Assembly (NCBI GenBank): GCA_963850305.1
Contig: CAWKKR010000011.1
Location: 1 to 64,000, forward strand
Direction: 5' to 3'
From: an uncultured delta proteobacterium
GTDB lineage: Bacteria > Myxococcota_A > Polyangia > Polyangiales > Polyangiaceae
DNA: 64,000 nt
Within the stretch, counting starts at the first letter, position 1; each line of letters opens with the position of its first letter. The position numbers and the translations under genes were made by a program. The notes beneath the pieces are model-generated. The model ran no database searches, had not been told where the DNA came from, and was given only the letters and a program-made list of their open reading frames with translations. Positions 40,355 through 49,995 of this stretch are shown here, piece by piece.

Positions 40355-41701
40355 TCAGACGGATGGCGTCCCGGCGAATAGCTTCTCGTAGTGCGCTTGA
40401 ATCGCAGGGCTCCGAAGCCGACCCCAAAACGTGCTGATGCCGAGCCAGATCGCGAGCCCGTTCATGTCGCGGAACATCGGCGGGACGTAGCGCGGCGCCT
40501 GCACGACGCCTTCCTGCGCACGCGACACGAGTACCGGCAGGTCCTCGAAATCGGTCTTCCCCACGAAGAGCCACGCGATGAGATCCGGTCGTCCAGCGGC
40601 GATGGCGCTCCGCAGAAAATTGTAGCTCGACACGAGCCCCTTCGTATAAACGATGTCCTTCGTGAACGGAGCGCCCCCCGAGATCACGCCTCCGCGAAAG
40701 ACACGCTGCGTGCTCCAGAAACACGTCTCTTCGTCGTAGCCTTCCGTCCGAAACCACTCGAACACGTCGAGGAAGGTGGCGCCGTCTTCCGCCTTGTCCA
40801 CGGCGAGAACGCGGTCGTTCAACCTACGTGCGCGGCTCGGATGACTGCACAGCGTGAGCACCTCGAGCAAGGCCGCGAGTCCTTCCTGGCTCGACGCGAC
40901 GCGCGGCGAGCCGATGGCGAGCCATTTGGCGACCGGCTGCCGCTGGCCGTTGATGCTCGTCGCGACGTGCACCCAACCCTCGTGCACCTCGAGCAGCTTC
41001 AGATCGCGTTCGCTGAACATCGCTCCGCGGCGCACCTTGATGTAGTCGCTCCCCGCCGCCGCGTCCGCCACGATGCCGTCGTCCAGAATCACGCGGATCG
41101 AATCTTCTTCGAAGTACACGCGGAGCCGCTCGTTCAAGATCTCGACGGCGCGCGACGCCGGAATGTCGCGCGCTGGCTGCGGGCCGAGCACCTTCTCGTC
41201 GAGGTGCGTGAGGATGTCGTAAAGGTCGAGCGCGACGTCGCGGATGCGAGTGACGTCATCCGCGAACGTCTCCTTGGGAGAGCCGTACAGGCGGGCGGAG
41301 AGCTCGTGGAAGCGCTTCGTGCCCCGGGCGCGCAGCATCTCCACTGCGCCCACGAACTGGATGGCGGTATCCGACACGATCCTGCCGATCGAATCGTCGC
41401 CGAGCTCTAGCCGCACCTGAGCCTCGATAGCGCGCATCTCCGCGATGACCGCGTCGGGATCGAAGCCGAGCGGAATCGCTCGAGCGTAATAGTCGGGGCC
41501 GATTGGCGGCAGCTTCTTCCACTTCGAGTCGCGGAACCGTTCGAAGACGGTCGGGTCCCACTTGATCGCGTTCAGAATCCGGATCGGGCGCTGTGCATCC
41601 ACCAGCCGTTGAGCGAGACGCGCGAGGCGTTCCTTGTAGGACCGCCAGGGCGCGCCGGGGCTCGATTTCCCGTCGTCGCGCGGCGGAAGGTCGGACTGCA
41701 T
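40355..41701 (-). CDS. QEGLA-motif metallopeptidase-like protein (DUF1704 / MATCAP-like)
   Basis: VADAAAG, HEGWVH (HExxxH), QEGLA, RVFRGG, FTKD..Y..G. Confidence 0.85.
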   Translation of the reverse strand: MQSDLPPRDDGKSSPGAPWRSYKERLARLAQRLVDAQRPIRILNAIKWDPTVFERFRDSKWKKLPPIGPDYYARAIPLGFDPDAVIAEMRAIEAQVRLELGDDSIGRIVSDTAIQFVGAVEMLRARGTKRFHELSARLYGSPKETFADDVTRIRDVALDLYDILTHLDEKVLGPQPARDIPASRAVEILNERLRVYFEEDSIRVILDDGIVADAAAGSDYIKVRRGAMFSERDLKLLEVHEGWVHVATSINGQRQPVAKWLAIGSPRVASSQEGLAALLEVLTLCSHPSRARRLNDRVLAVDKAEDGATFLDVFEWFRTEGYDEETCFWSTQRVFRGGVISGGAPFTKDIVYTKGLVSSYNFLRSAIAAGRPDLIAWLFVGKTDFEDLPVLVSRAQEGVVQAPRYVPPMFRDMNGLAIWLGISTFWGRLRSPAIQAHYEKLFAGTPSV

Positions 41702-41782
41702 CCCGTCAATATACGGGAAAAGGCCCCCCGGCGACGGATACCGCGCTTCGAGACGACTCGGCGGTGACGCCGCGGCATTCGC

Positions 41783-42634
41783 TCAGCGAGATTCCCCGCC
41801 GCTGGCGATGCGGCGCGCGACGGCGGTGGTCAACCGTTGGTGAGCGGTCGGAAGCGCTCGCACGACGAGATCGAAGAACACCGCGTCGGGCCCGACGAGC
41901 ACTCTTCGCTGATTCCTTTTCACCGCTCGGAGGATCGTCTTCGCCGCGTCGGCAGCGGACGTGATGAACCACTTGTCCGCGCCGCTCCGGATCTTCTCGG
42001 GGTCCCTGGAAAGGAACTGCTTCGCATCGCCGGAAAACCGACTTGCGCGGGCGATGTTGGTCTTGATGCCACCCGGGTGGACGCTGGTCGCACTGACGTT
42101 CGCACCCGCGAGCTCCAGCTCCTGCCGGAGTGCCTCGGTGAAGCCGCGAACGGCGAACTTCGTGGCGTTATAAGCGGCCTGACCCGGCGCGGAGAGAATG
42201 CCGAAGAGGCTCGAAATGTTGGTGACGTGCCCATCCCCCGACGCGTGGAGGTGCGGGAGAAACGCCTTGGTGCCGTGCACGACACCCCAGAAGTTGATCC
42301 CCATGATCCACTCGAAGTCTTCATAAGTGATGCCCTCGACCGTTGCCGCAACGGCGACGCCGGCATTGTTGAAGACCAGGTTCACGCGGCCGTGTTCGGC
42401 GGCTACCGAGTCTGCCCATTCGTGAACGGCTGCGCGCTTCGCGACGTCCAGCACAGCGGTCGTCGCGCGAACCCCGTGCGCGCGAACGAGACGCGCAGTT
42501 TCCTCGAGCGACTCGGCATTGATGTCGGAGAGCGCGAGGTGCGCGCCGTCACGCGCTAACTCAACGGAAAGGGCGCGACCGATGCCCGAGCCCGCGCCGG
42601 TCACGGCGGCGACCTTGTTTCTGAAGGATTTCAC
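41783..42634 (-). CDS. SDR family oxidoreductase
   Basis: TGAGSGIG, NNAG, YNATK, HPGGIKT. Confidence 0.93.
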   Translation of the reverse strand: MKSFRNKVAAVTGAGSGIGRALSVELARDGAHLALSDINAESLEETARLVRAHGVRATTAVLDVAKRAAVHEWADSVAAEHGRVNLVFNNAGVAVAATVEGITYEDFEWIMGINFWGVVHGTKAFLPHLHASGDGHVTNISSLFGILSAPGQAAYNATKFAVRGFTEALRQELELAGANVSATSVHPGGIKTNIARASRFSGDAKQFLSRDPEKIRSGADKWFITSAADAAKTILRAVKRNQRRVLVGPDAVFFDLVVRALPTAHQRLTTAVARRIASGGESR

Positions 42635-42748
42635 GCCAGATCCGATACGGTCGGCGAGGACCGGCGTCAATCACGGCCAGTCGAGCGGACGCCGCCTCCC
42701 ACAACGGAGAGGCGGCGCCCGCAACCGTTCCAGATCACGCCATGGCCA

Positions 42749-44372
42749 TCAAGGGTGCGCCGCGATCCAGTCGAGAACGCCCTGGTACTTGGGCGAAATG
42801 GAGTCGGCGTCACCGGTCTTCTCCTTCAGACCCCAGCAAGAGCCGACGTGCGTGTACTGCATGAAGGGTCCCTTCTGTCCGGCCGTGGATAGACCGTTCA
42901 AGTAAGAGACGTACAGGTCGTGCATTCCGGGGTCATGCTGAAGCGAAACGCAGCCGTCGTTGCCGGCCGCGAACGAATCGGAGCCGCCCTCGTACGAGAT
43001 GAGCGGCACGCCGGCTCCGGACGCACAGGCGAGCGTAGACGTGGTCCATTGCTGTGTGTCGCCGATCGCGCTCTGTAGATCGCCGATCGAAGTGCCGCTG
43101 AAGTACGGCGCGCCGGCCATGGCCGTCGGCATGGTCCCGTTGGGATTGATCTTCGAATCGTGGAGCGCGGCGACCTGATCGTCGCAGACGCCGCGATTCG
43201 CGACCTGGTTCGATATCACCTTCACGAGTCGGGGACTGTCCTTGCCAAAGACGTTCTCGAACGCCTCGAATACACGCACCGATTCGTAGACCTGGTAGGA
43301 GAACGCAGGGTCGGAGCCGGCCAATCCGAAGTGCCTGGCCCTGCTGTGTCGAATAGGCGCGCTGAGGGAACCCACCGTTCCAGACCTCGTTCGACCACTC
43401 CACGTACACGCGAAGCGACGGATCGAGCTGGTCTTTGATGAGTTGCGCGAGCTTCGGCCAGTAGTCTGGCGTCGCCTCGTGCGGAATGTTCACCCAGTAG
43501 TCCTTCTTCGTACGATTGCAGAGATCGATCTGCCACTCGAACGCGACCGGCTCGCCCTGCGCCTGCGTCTTCTGTTTGCGCGTGTCCCAATTCGCCTGGG
43601 GATTGCCGCTGAAATTGGTCATGTTCCAGTCCATGAACCGGAGCACATGATAGGGCGCGAGGTCCGTGAGCAACGAGGGTTGCCACGGGTCCGTCGTCGT
43701 CGCGAAGTCCACGTTATTGACGAAGAAATCGCTCTGGCCTTCCCAATCGATGTTCCAGAAGTTTGCCCCGATGAAAAGGCCGCTGCCCGGCGCCGGGTTC
43801 ACGAGGGTCGTCGTGCCGGAACTCCCGCCACCGGCGCTCGTCGTTCCACCGGCGCTCGTCGTTCCACCGGCGCTCGTCGTTCCACCGGCGCTCGTCGTTC
43901 CACCGGCGCTCGTCGTTCCACCGGCGCTCGTCGTTCCACCGGCGCTCGTCGTTCCACCGGCGCTCGTCGTTCCACCGGCGCTCGTCGTTCCGCCGGCGTT
44001 CGTCGTTCCACCGGCGCTCGTCGTTCCACCGGCGCTCGTCGTTCCACCGGCGCTCGTCGTTCCACCGGCGCTCGTCGTTCCACCGCCAGTGCCAACCACG
44101 GACGTGCCGCCGTTGCCGTTCGCACCACCCACGGACGGGTAGCCGCCATCCGCCGCGCCACCCACGCCGTCACGGTTTTCGCCTCCGCCCGAGCCCACAC
44201 CGCCCGAGGAAGACTCCGAGCCATCCGTGTCCATTCGAGAGCCGCCGTCGGTCTCGCTCACGTCCGCTTCGGTTCGATGCGCCGAGGCGCTGGCGCAGCC
44301 CGAAATTGACACGGCCAGGCCGCAAAGCCCGCCGAAAAACAGAGCGGGCTGGCGTCGAGCGATGTTCTTCAT
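42749..44372 (-). CDS. Secreted lipoprotein with TTSAGG linker and putative glycoside hydrolase-like domain, frameshifted near 43330
   Basis: ISGC lipobox, LRFMDW, WVNIPH, YVEWSNEVWN, and in the second frame ISYEGG and a C-terminal WGL. Confidence 0.65.
43831..44082. repeat. 18-bp near-perfect tandem repeat x14
   Basis: ccggcgctcgtcgttcca, encoding TTSAGG on the minus strand, with a single TTNAGG variant. Confidence 0.95.
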
Positions 44373-45049
44373 GTTCGTTCACTTTCCTTTGGGGGTGGCG
44401 CAAAGGCGGCCGGCCCTCGCCGTGCTCGGCAAGAGACATTGTCGCCTTTGAGTGCCCTTGCGGGCGCTTACTTCGAAGTCTTCGAAGTTTTGGAAGGAGA
44501 CGGCGAGAGAGCCCCTCGACGCCTCGGCAGGAGCCCCAAGAGAGCATGGCGGTCGATGAAGTCAAATCCACAATCCACTTTCCGCAGCACGATTTTCGTC
44601 TCTGCATCGAGACGGGAACGAAGCGATCTCGTCGTCGCGTCGCGAGCCGGACGAACGACCGCATTCACGGCACGCGCGTCGGAGTGCAACGGACTACAGC
44701 GGTGCTCACTTGAGTTGACTGTGCGCCCGTTTGCTCAAGATCTGTTCGACCGCTGCGACTGTCTCGATCATCGCAAGTGGAACTTGCGGTAAGCGAGGTG
44801 CAGATGCGTCGGCGACGGCGCTCGGCCCCTGTCGTGAAGGACCGCTCTTGGCGCGAGGTGCAGCGCGGCGAGCAAATTCCAAATGCGAGAGCTTTCGCGA
44901 GATTCCAGCTGATCCCGAGCGACTGCAACCATGCTGTTCGAATGTCCCTGGACGTATGTCAGCGGCATGAAGAGGAAGCGGAGCCGAAATGCTTGCGGGG
45001 ATCGAGGCCGCGGGTTACGACGCCTGCGAGTCGCGAGAGGACGTGCTTC

Positions 45050-46480
45050 ATGGCTGCAGTTGCTCTTGATCTGACCCCGGTGGTGGACGCATTGATGGAG
45101 CGTCCGTTCGATCGGCCCGCGCTCGACCGCGCGTATACGGCGGTCAGCGGCAATCCTCAGGCGTACGCGACGGCGCTGCGATGCGCCGCCAAGCGGACGG
45201 GAGATTCGCTCGCTGCGGCGTACTGGTTTGCCGAAGCAGCGCGCATCCACGAGACGGTTGACGATCTGGGGGGCGCCATCGCACTCCTTGCGCGAGCGTG
45301 GGAATGTGATCCGAAGAGCGACCAGACGCGGGAGCTCCTCGCCGCCTGCATGGCACGCCTCGCGATGCGTGCCAAAATCGGTTTCTCGTTCTCGACGAGG
45401 GATGAGAAGGTCGAAGAACGTGCGGCTGCGCGATCGCCCGAGACGAGCATGCCTCCGCCACCCATCGAAACGGGGCTTCGCCCGCCGTCGCGGGAGCGTC
45501 ATCGGGACACACTGCCGGATCTCTTCGGTATGGATGGGCCCTCCTCCATACCCTCGGTGCGGCTCGGGGAGCGCCGCTTGGTACTCGCAGACTCGCACCC
45601 GGGCGTCGCGAACATCGACGATGACGAGGAGGAGCTCGAAGAGCTCCGGGATTCGGACGTCTCGAGTGTGTTTCGTTCCGAAGCCGGAGCCCGGGTGGAA
45701 CCGATGCTACCGCCGCGCGACGCGACCGAACGGCTCGGAACCATGGTGCGCGCTGCACCGGTGCTGGACGAGCCGGTGCTGAGAGCCGTCGCCGAGATCG
45801 CGATGCCCACGCAGCGTACCCGGGAACGGTCCTCGGCGAACGAAACGGGGCCCGCATCCGCTGCGGCGGTGATTCGAGCATCGAAAGACGACGTTTACGG
45901 CGAAGTTCGCGAGCCGCGCACGGACCGACCTGCGGGCGATCGGCTGGTCGGCTCTCTCTTCGAAGCTCTTCACACCCTCCACTTCCTCGAGGACGTGCGG
46001 GAAGCGGCGAGCTTCCTGTGCGGGGTGCTCGAGGAGAAGATGCGCCCTGCCACGATCCTGGTTCACGTGTACGACATCAACTCCGGGCATTTTCTCCTCG
46101 TCGGTGCGCACGGCAACCGCGCATCGGCGCTCCTCGACTACGCGACGCCGGAGGCAGATCCCTTCGTTGCGGAGATCATGCGAGAAGACGAAGCCACCTT
46201 GGTCCTCGAGCCCGCAACGGACCCTCGATTGGCTCGTGGTCGCTGGCTCTTGGTCGAACCGCAACGATCGGTCGTCTGCGCCCCCGTCTCGGTCGAAGGT
46301 CGTTACCTCGGCTTGATCGAAATTGCAGATCCGGTCGACGGTCCGGAGTTCACCGAGGACGATCGGAACGCGTTGACCTACGCCGCCAGCGCCTTCGCCC
46401 GCTTTCTCGACAAGCGCGGCGTGGTCCTCAGCGAAGAACCGACTCCCGAAACGGAAAGAGCCGATCTGCCGAGCCACTGA
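45050..46480 (+). CDS. Protein with TPR-like N-terminus, acidic linker and C-terminal GAF domain
   Basis: AAYWFAEAARI helix pair, and a C-terminal VHVYDIN...SVVCAPV..EGRYLGLIE.......FTEDD..AL GAF signature. Start uncertain. Confidence 0.7.
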   Translation: MAAVALDLTPVVDALMERPFDRPALDRAYTAVSGNPQAYATALRCAAKRTGDSLAAAYWFAEAARIHETVDDLGGAIALLARAWECDPKSDQTRELLAACMARLAMRAKIGFSFSTRDEKVEERAAARSPETSMPPPPIETGLRPPSRERHRDTLPDLFGMDGPSSIPSVRLGERRLVLADSHPGVANIDDDEEELEELRDSDVSSVFRSEAGARVEPMLPPRDATERLGTMVRAAPVLDEPVLRAVAEIAMPTQRTRERSSANETGPASAAAVIRASKDDVYGEVREPRTDRPAGDRLVGSLFEALHTLHFLEDVREAASFLCGVLEEKMRPATILVHVYDINSGHFLLVGAHGNRASALLDYATPEADPFVAEIMREDEATLVLEPATDPRLARGRWLLVEPQRSVVCAPVSVEGRYLGLIEIADPVDGPEFTEDDRNALTYAASAFARFLDKRGVVLSEEPTPETERADLPSH

Positions 46481-46507
46481 TCCACGGCTCCAAAGGCGCG
46501 CAGCGGG

Positions 46508-46774
46508 TCAGTGGGAGTGAGCACGATGTCTCGCGCGCGATGCGGCGGTGACAATCGCAAGGATCGCCACCGCGCCGACGACGCTGCCGAAAAATCCGGC
46601 CGTGGTCGCAATGCCCGTCGCGTGGCCAGCATTGCCAATGAACCCACCCACGAGTGAGCCGGCGCAGCCGAGCAACGCGGTCCACCCAAGCCCCATGTCT
46701 TGTCGCCCCGGGAAGATTGCCCGCGCGATGAAACCTATGACGAGCCCGAACAGCAGGAACCAAATGACGGTCAT
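46508..46774 (-). CDS. GlsB/YeaQ/YmgE stress-response membrane protein
   Basis: LFGLVIGFIARAIFPG...LGCAGSLVGG...GSVVGAVAIL. Confidence 0.85.
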   Translation of the reverse strand: MTVIWFLLFGLVIGFIARAIFPGRQDMGLGWTALLGCAGSLVGGFIGNAGHATGIATTAGFFGSVVGAVAILAIVTAASRARHRAHSH

Positions 46775-46975
46775 GGTTTTCTCTCCTGCGAGGTCGGGGT
46801 GCAACGCGGGTGCCAATCGGAGCTATCCCCCGGCCGGCGACCCGTAGGAGCCAATCAGCTCTGCGAATCGCGCCTGCGGCAGGAGGCGGCCTTGAATCGT
46901 GCCCGGCGAGCCGCGGGAAAGTGTGACCTCAGGGCACGCGAGCATGGGTGGCTGCGGCTATCGCGCCCGGCAGAT

Positions 46976-47569
46976 TCACGAGATGCGCGCGAGCAACTCC
47001 GCGACGGTGGGTGCACCCGAGATCTGGACACGAACGCCGAACAGTCCGCGGTCCTCGCCTACGAGTTTCATCGAGAAAGCTGCGGCGGGCCCGTAGACTC
47101 TCGCGACCATCCTGCGAAGAAGGGGTTCGACCGCAGCGAATGTCTCTTTCGTGTTCGGCGCCAGAAGCCGGTCGTTGATCCGGAACAGCAGCTCGTCCGT
47201 CCGGAAACGGATCGGAGTGATGAGCGACGGCTCCGTCTCGATGCTCCGGGCTGCGAAGAGCACGCGCCGGAGCGCGTCGAGCAAGCATTCCTCGACGTCC
47301 ACGGCGGCGTCGCGCTTTCGACTGTAGAGGAGCCCTGCTCGCCCTTCGCCGAAATCGACAACGTAGTCCGCGGCGTGTCCCACCAACAGCAACGCGGGTC
47401 CGTGGTGAACGTGACCATATTCGGTGACGTCTATCAGGAGTTCGTCGAGAGCATTCTTCTTGATCCAGTCGTGGAACACCGGAACCAGCGGCTCGACGTC
47501 CACCTCCGCGGGCGACCGGATGAACAGCTTGAATTGAACCTTGCGCGCGTCCATCTTTCCCGAGCTCAC
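46976..47569 (-). CDS. Hypothetical protein coupled to the sulfite reductase
   Basis: PVFHDWI...LLIDVTEYGHVHHGP..LLVGH...GLLYSRK, overlapping the reductase stop. Confidence 0.7.
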   Translation of the reverse strand: MSSGKMDARKVQFKLFIRSPAEVDVEPLVPVFHDWIKKNALDELLIDVTEYGHVHHGPALLLVGHAADYVVDFGEGRAGLLYSRKRDAAVDVEECLLDALRRVLFAARSIETEPSLITPIRFRTDELLFRINDRLLAPNTKETFAAVEPLLRRMVARVYGPAAAFSMKLVGEDRGLFGVRVQISGAPTVAELLARIS

Positions 47570-49833
47570 TCTGCTGCCGCCGTGCGCTGCGCCGTCATGC
47601 GCTGATAACAGGCGTATGCTGCTTCCACGAAGAGTTGCGCTTCCTCGATGAGAAAGTGAGCGGACTCCTTGGTGACGGAGTCCTTGCCCTTCCCCTCGTG
47701 GGCGCGAAAGAGCATGTGCGCGAACTTCGGCCCGACGAATGGATCGTGGAAGATCTTCGTGTCGAAGAGGCGCGCGCGGAACTCCGAAACGACCTCTTCT
47801 TCTTCCGTGCCGAGGTTCGGGTTGAGCTCGTGAGTGAGCGCCTGCGCAGCCGTGAGCATAGACTTGTACGCGCGCTCGCTCGCGGGCTCGGGCTTGCCTT
47901 CGTCGAAGAGAACCTGAGCCTCGAACACTTCGCGTTCACTCGCGGCGAGCCCCATGATGGCAAACGAGACTACTTCCCCGGCGCATTCACCTTCGCCGAT
48001 ATCGCCGATATTGTATTCGCGTGGATCGCCCCAGTCCGTATAGAGCTCGCGGGACGTCTCGTACGCTGGAACGGCCATGAGATCCTCGAGCATCGCGCGG
48101 ATCTGTTTCTTGCCGGTGCGCGCGATGAAATCTTTGAACGGTTCGTTCTCTTTCTTCTCCTGAACGTACCGATCGCGAAGACGCGCGACGACGTCCGGAA
48201 TGCGCTTTGAAGGTACGGCTCCGATCGCGAGACCGTAAGTTCCACCGTTGTGTTCCCATTCGCCGCCGAGCACGACCTGAAAATGCGGCACCTTCCGAGA
48301 GCCCACCTGCCGGCTCACGCCGAGAAACCCCAGATCCGCTACGTGATGCTGCCCACACGAGTTGAAGCACCCACTGCACTTCACATGGAGGGACTCGGCA
48401 GCGGCGGGCATCTGATCCTTCACGAGCCGGAGCTGCTTTCTGAGCTCGCCGGCCAGCCCGCGCGATGACGAAATGCCCAGCTTGCACGTATCGGTGCCGG
48501 GGCACGACGTGACGTCGGTGATCTTCCCTGCTCCGTCTTCGCCGAGACCTGCTTCGGCGATGGTCGCGTAGAATTCGACCAGATCCGCCTCACTCACCCA
48601 GCGAAAGCACAGGTTCTGGTCGACGGTGGTTCGCATGGTGTCACCGGTGAACCGGCGGGCGAGATCCGCGAGCGACCTGGCCTGCACCGACGTCATGTCA
48701 CCGAGCGGCAGCGTCACCGTCGCGACCACGTAGCCCGGCTGTTTCTGCGGGTAAACGTTCGAGCGGCGCCACGAGTCGAACCCGGCGGGGAACGGGCCTC
48801 GCGGCAACTCGCCCGCGGCCCTCAACGGCTTTTCGTCGAGCTTGTGCAGATCCTCGAGGAATGCAGTCCAGCGCGGATCCGGGCGCAGTTTCTGGCGCTC
48901 TTCATGGACGAGCCGCTTGAATTCCCCGTCCCCGAGCTTCTTCACCAGAAACTTGATGCGTGCCCGCGACCGGTTCTCTTTCTCCCCGAGGCGCGCAAAG
49001 ACCCGTGAAACGGCCTGCGCCATCGGCAGGAGTTCCGACTCCGGCAAGAACTCCTCGATGAGCCTCGCGGGGTATGGCACCGGGCCGAGCCCACCGCCGA
49101 CGTAAAATTCGAAGCCCCGAACGGGCTTGCCCTCGATGACGCGGATGCGCGCGATGCAACCGAGATCGTGGAAGTTCGTGAGGCCACACGCGTGATCCTT
49201 GCACCCTGAAAACGCGATCTTGAACTTCCGTCCGAAGTCCTGGACGTCGGGGTGCCCGAGCAGGAAGAACGTTATGGCATCCGCGTACGGCGTGACGTCG
49301 AAGGCCTCGTCGCTGCAGACGCCGACGTACGGGCAAGCAGTCACGTTGCGCACGGAGTTGCCGCACGCTTCGCGCGTGGTGATGCCCGTCGCAGCGAGGC
49401 GCCGCATCAAGTCCGGCGTGTCCTCGATATGGACGAAGTGAAGCTGCACGTCCTGCCGGGTCGTGACGTGCAAGATCTCGTCCGAATACTCCTCGGCAAG
49501 GTCTGCCATGACGTCGAGCTGCGCCGCGGAGAGCTTTCCGTACGGGATCTTGATGCGCATCATGCCTGGCGCGTCCCAGTAGGTCATTGGACCCTTAGTG
49601 AGATCGCCGGAGGGGAACGCGAGTGTGCGGCTCTCCACACCATCGTGTCGCTGACCGTTGTCGTAGCGTTGGCCGTAAACGCCGCGCCGCAGCCGGGTCT
49701 CCGCGAAGAGCCGCTCCTCCACCTTTCCTTGCTTCCGCAGGTGGATCTGGGTTTCGAAGACATCGATCTCTTCCGCCCAGGCAGGCAGAATTCGATCGCT
49801 CAGCTGGTCTTTCCACGTAGCTTTCATCGGCAT
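47566..49833 (-). CDS. Siroheme nitrite/sulfite reductase with an extra C-terminal helical (HEPN-like) domain
   Basis: RLRRGVYGQR, MMRIKIP.G, HVTTRQ, ACGNSVRNV, RKFKIAFSGC, CPGTDTCKLG, SGCFNSCGQHH. Confidence 0.9.
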   Translation of the reverse strand: MPMKATWKDQLSDRILPAWAEEIDVFETQIHLRKQGKVEERLFAETRLRRGVYGQRYDNGQRHDGVESRTLAFPSGDLTKGPMTYWDAPGMMRIKIPYGKLSAAQLDVMADLAEEYSDEILHVTTRQDVQLHFVHIEDTPDLMRRLAATGITTREACGNSVRNVTACPYVGVCSDEAFDVTPYADAITFFLLGHPDVQDFGRKFKIAFSGCKDHACGLTNFHDLGCIARIRVIEGKPVRGFEFYVGGGLGPVPYPARLIEEFLPESELLPMAQAVSRVFARLGEKENRSRARIKFLVKKLGDGEFKRLVHEERQKLRPDPRWTAFLEDLHKLDEKPLRAAGELPRGPFPAGFDSWRRSNVYPQKQPGYVVATVTLPLGDMTSVQARSLADLARRFTGDTMRTTVDQNLCFRWVSEADLVEFYATIAEAGLGEDGAGKITDVTSCPGTDTCKLGISSSRGLAGELRKQLRLVKDQMPAAAESLHVKCSGCFNSCGQHHVADLGFLGVSRQVGSRKVPHFQVVLGGEWEHNGGTYGLAIGAVPSKRIPDVVARLRDRYVQEKKENEPFKDFIARTGKKQIRAMLEDLMAVPAYETSRELYTDWGDPREYNIGDIGEGECAGEVVSFAIMGLAASEREVFEAQVLFDEGKPEPASERAYKSMLTAAQALTHELNPNLGTEEEEVVSEFRARLFDTKIFHDPFVGPKFAHMLFRAHEGKGKDSVTKESAHFLIEEAQLFVEAAYACYQRMTAQRTAAAE

Positions 49834-49869
49834 TTCCTCGAGGGCTCTGGCCGAACGGATTTATACTTA

Positions 49870-49898
49870 ACTTTTCCGATGCGGCAAGTCGGGAAAGT
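49870..49898. promoter_or_regulatory. Inverted repeat, candidate Rrf2-family operator
   Basis: ACTTTTCCGA-N9-TCGGGAAAGT (9 of 10 arm positions pair), in the divergent reductase/proS intergenic region. Confidence 0.55.
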
Positions 49899-49995
49899 GC
49901 CCGTAAGCTCTGCTCCGGGGCGCGGCGGTTTCGTGATACGCCCTCGCTCCCCGAGAAACGGCCGTCTCCTCCTCGATAATCGGGGTTCCGACTCC

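Noticed and set aside
43831..44082. Possible CRISPR array
   Set aside because: Contiguous 18-bp units with no spacers, in frame inside a CDS, and no cas genes in the window
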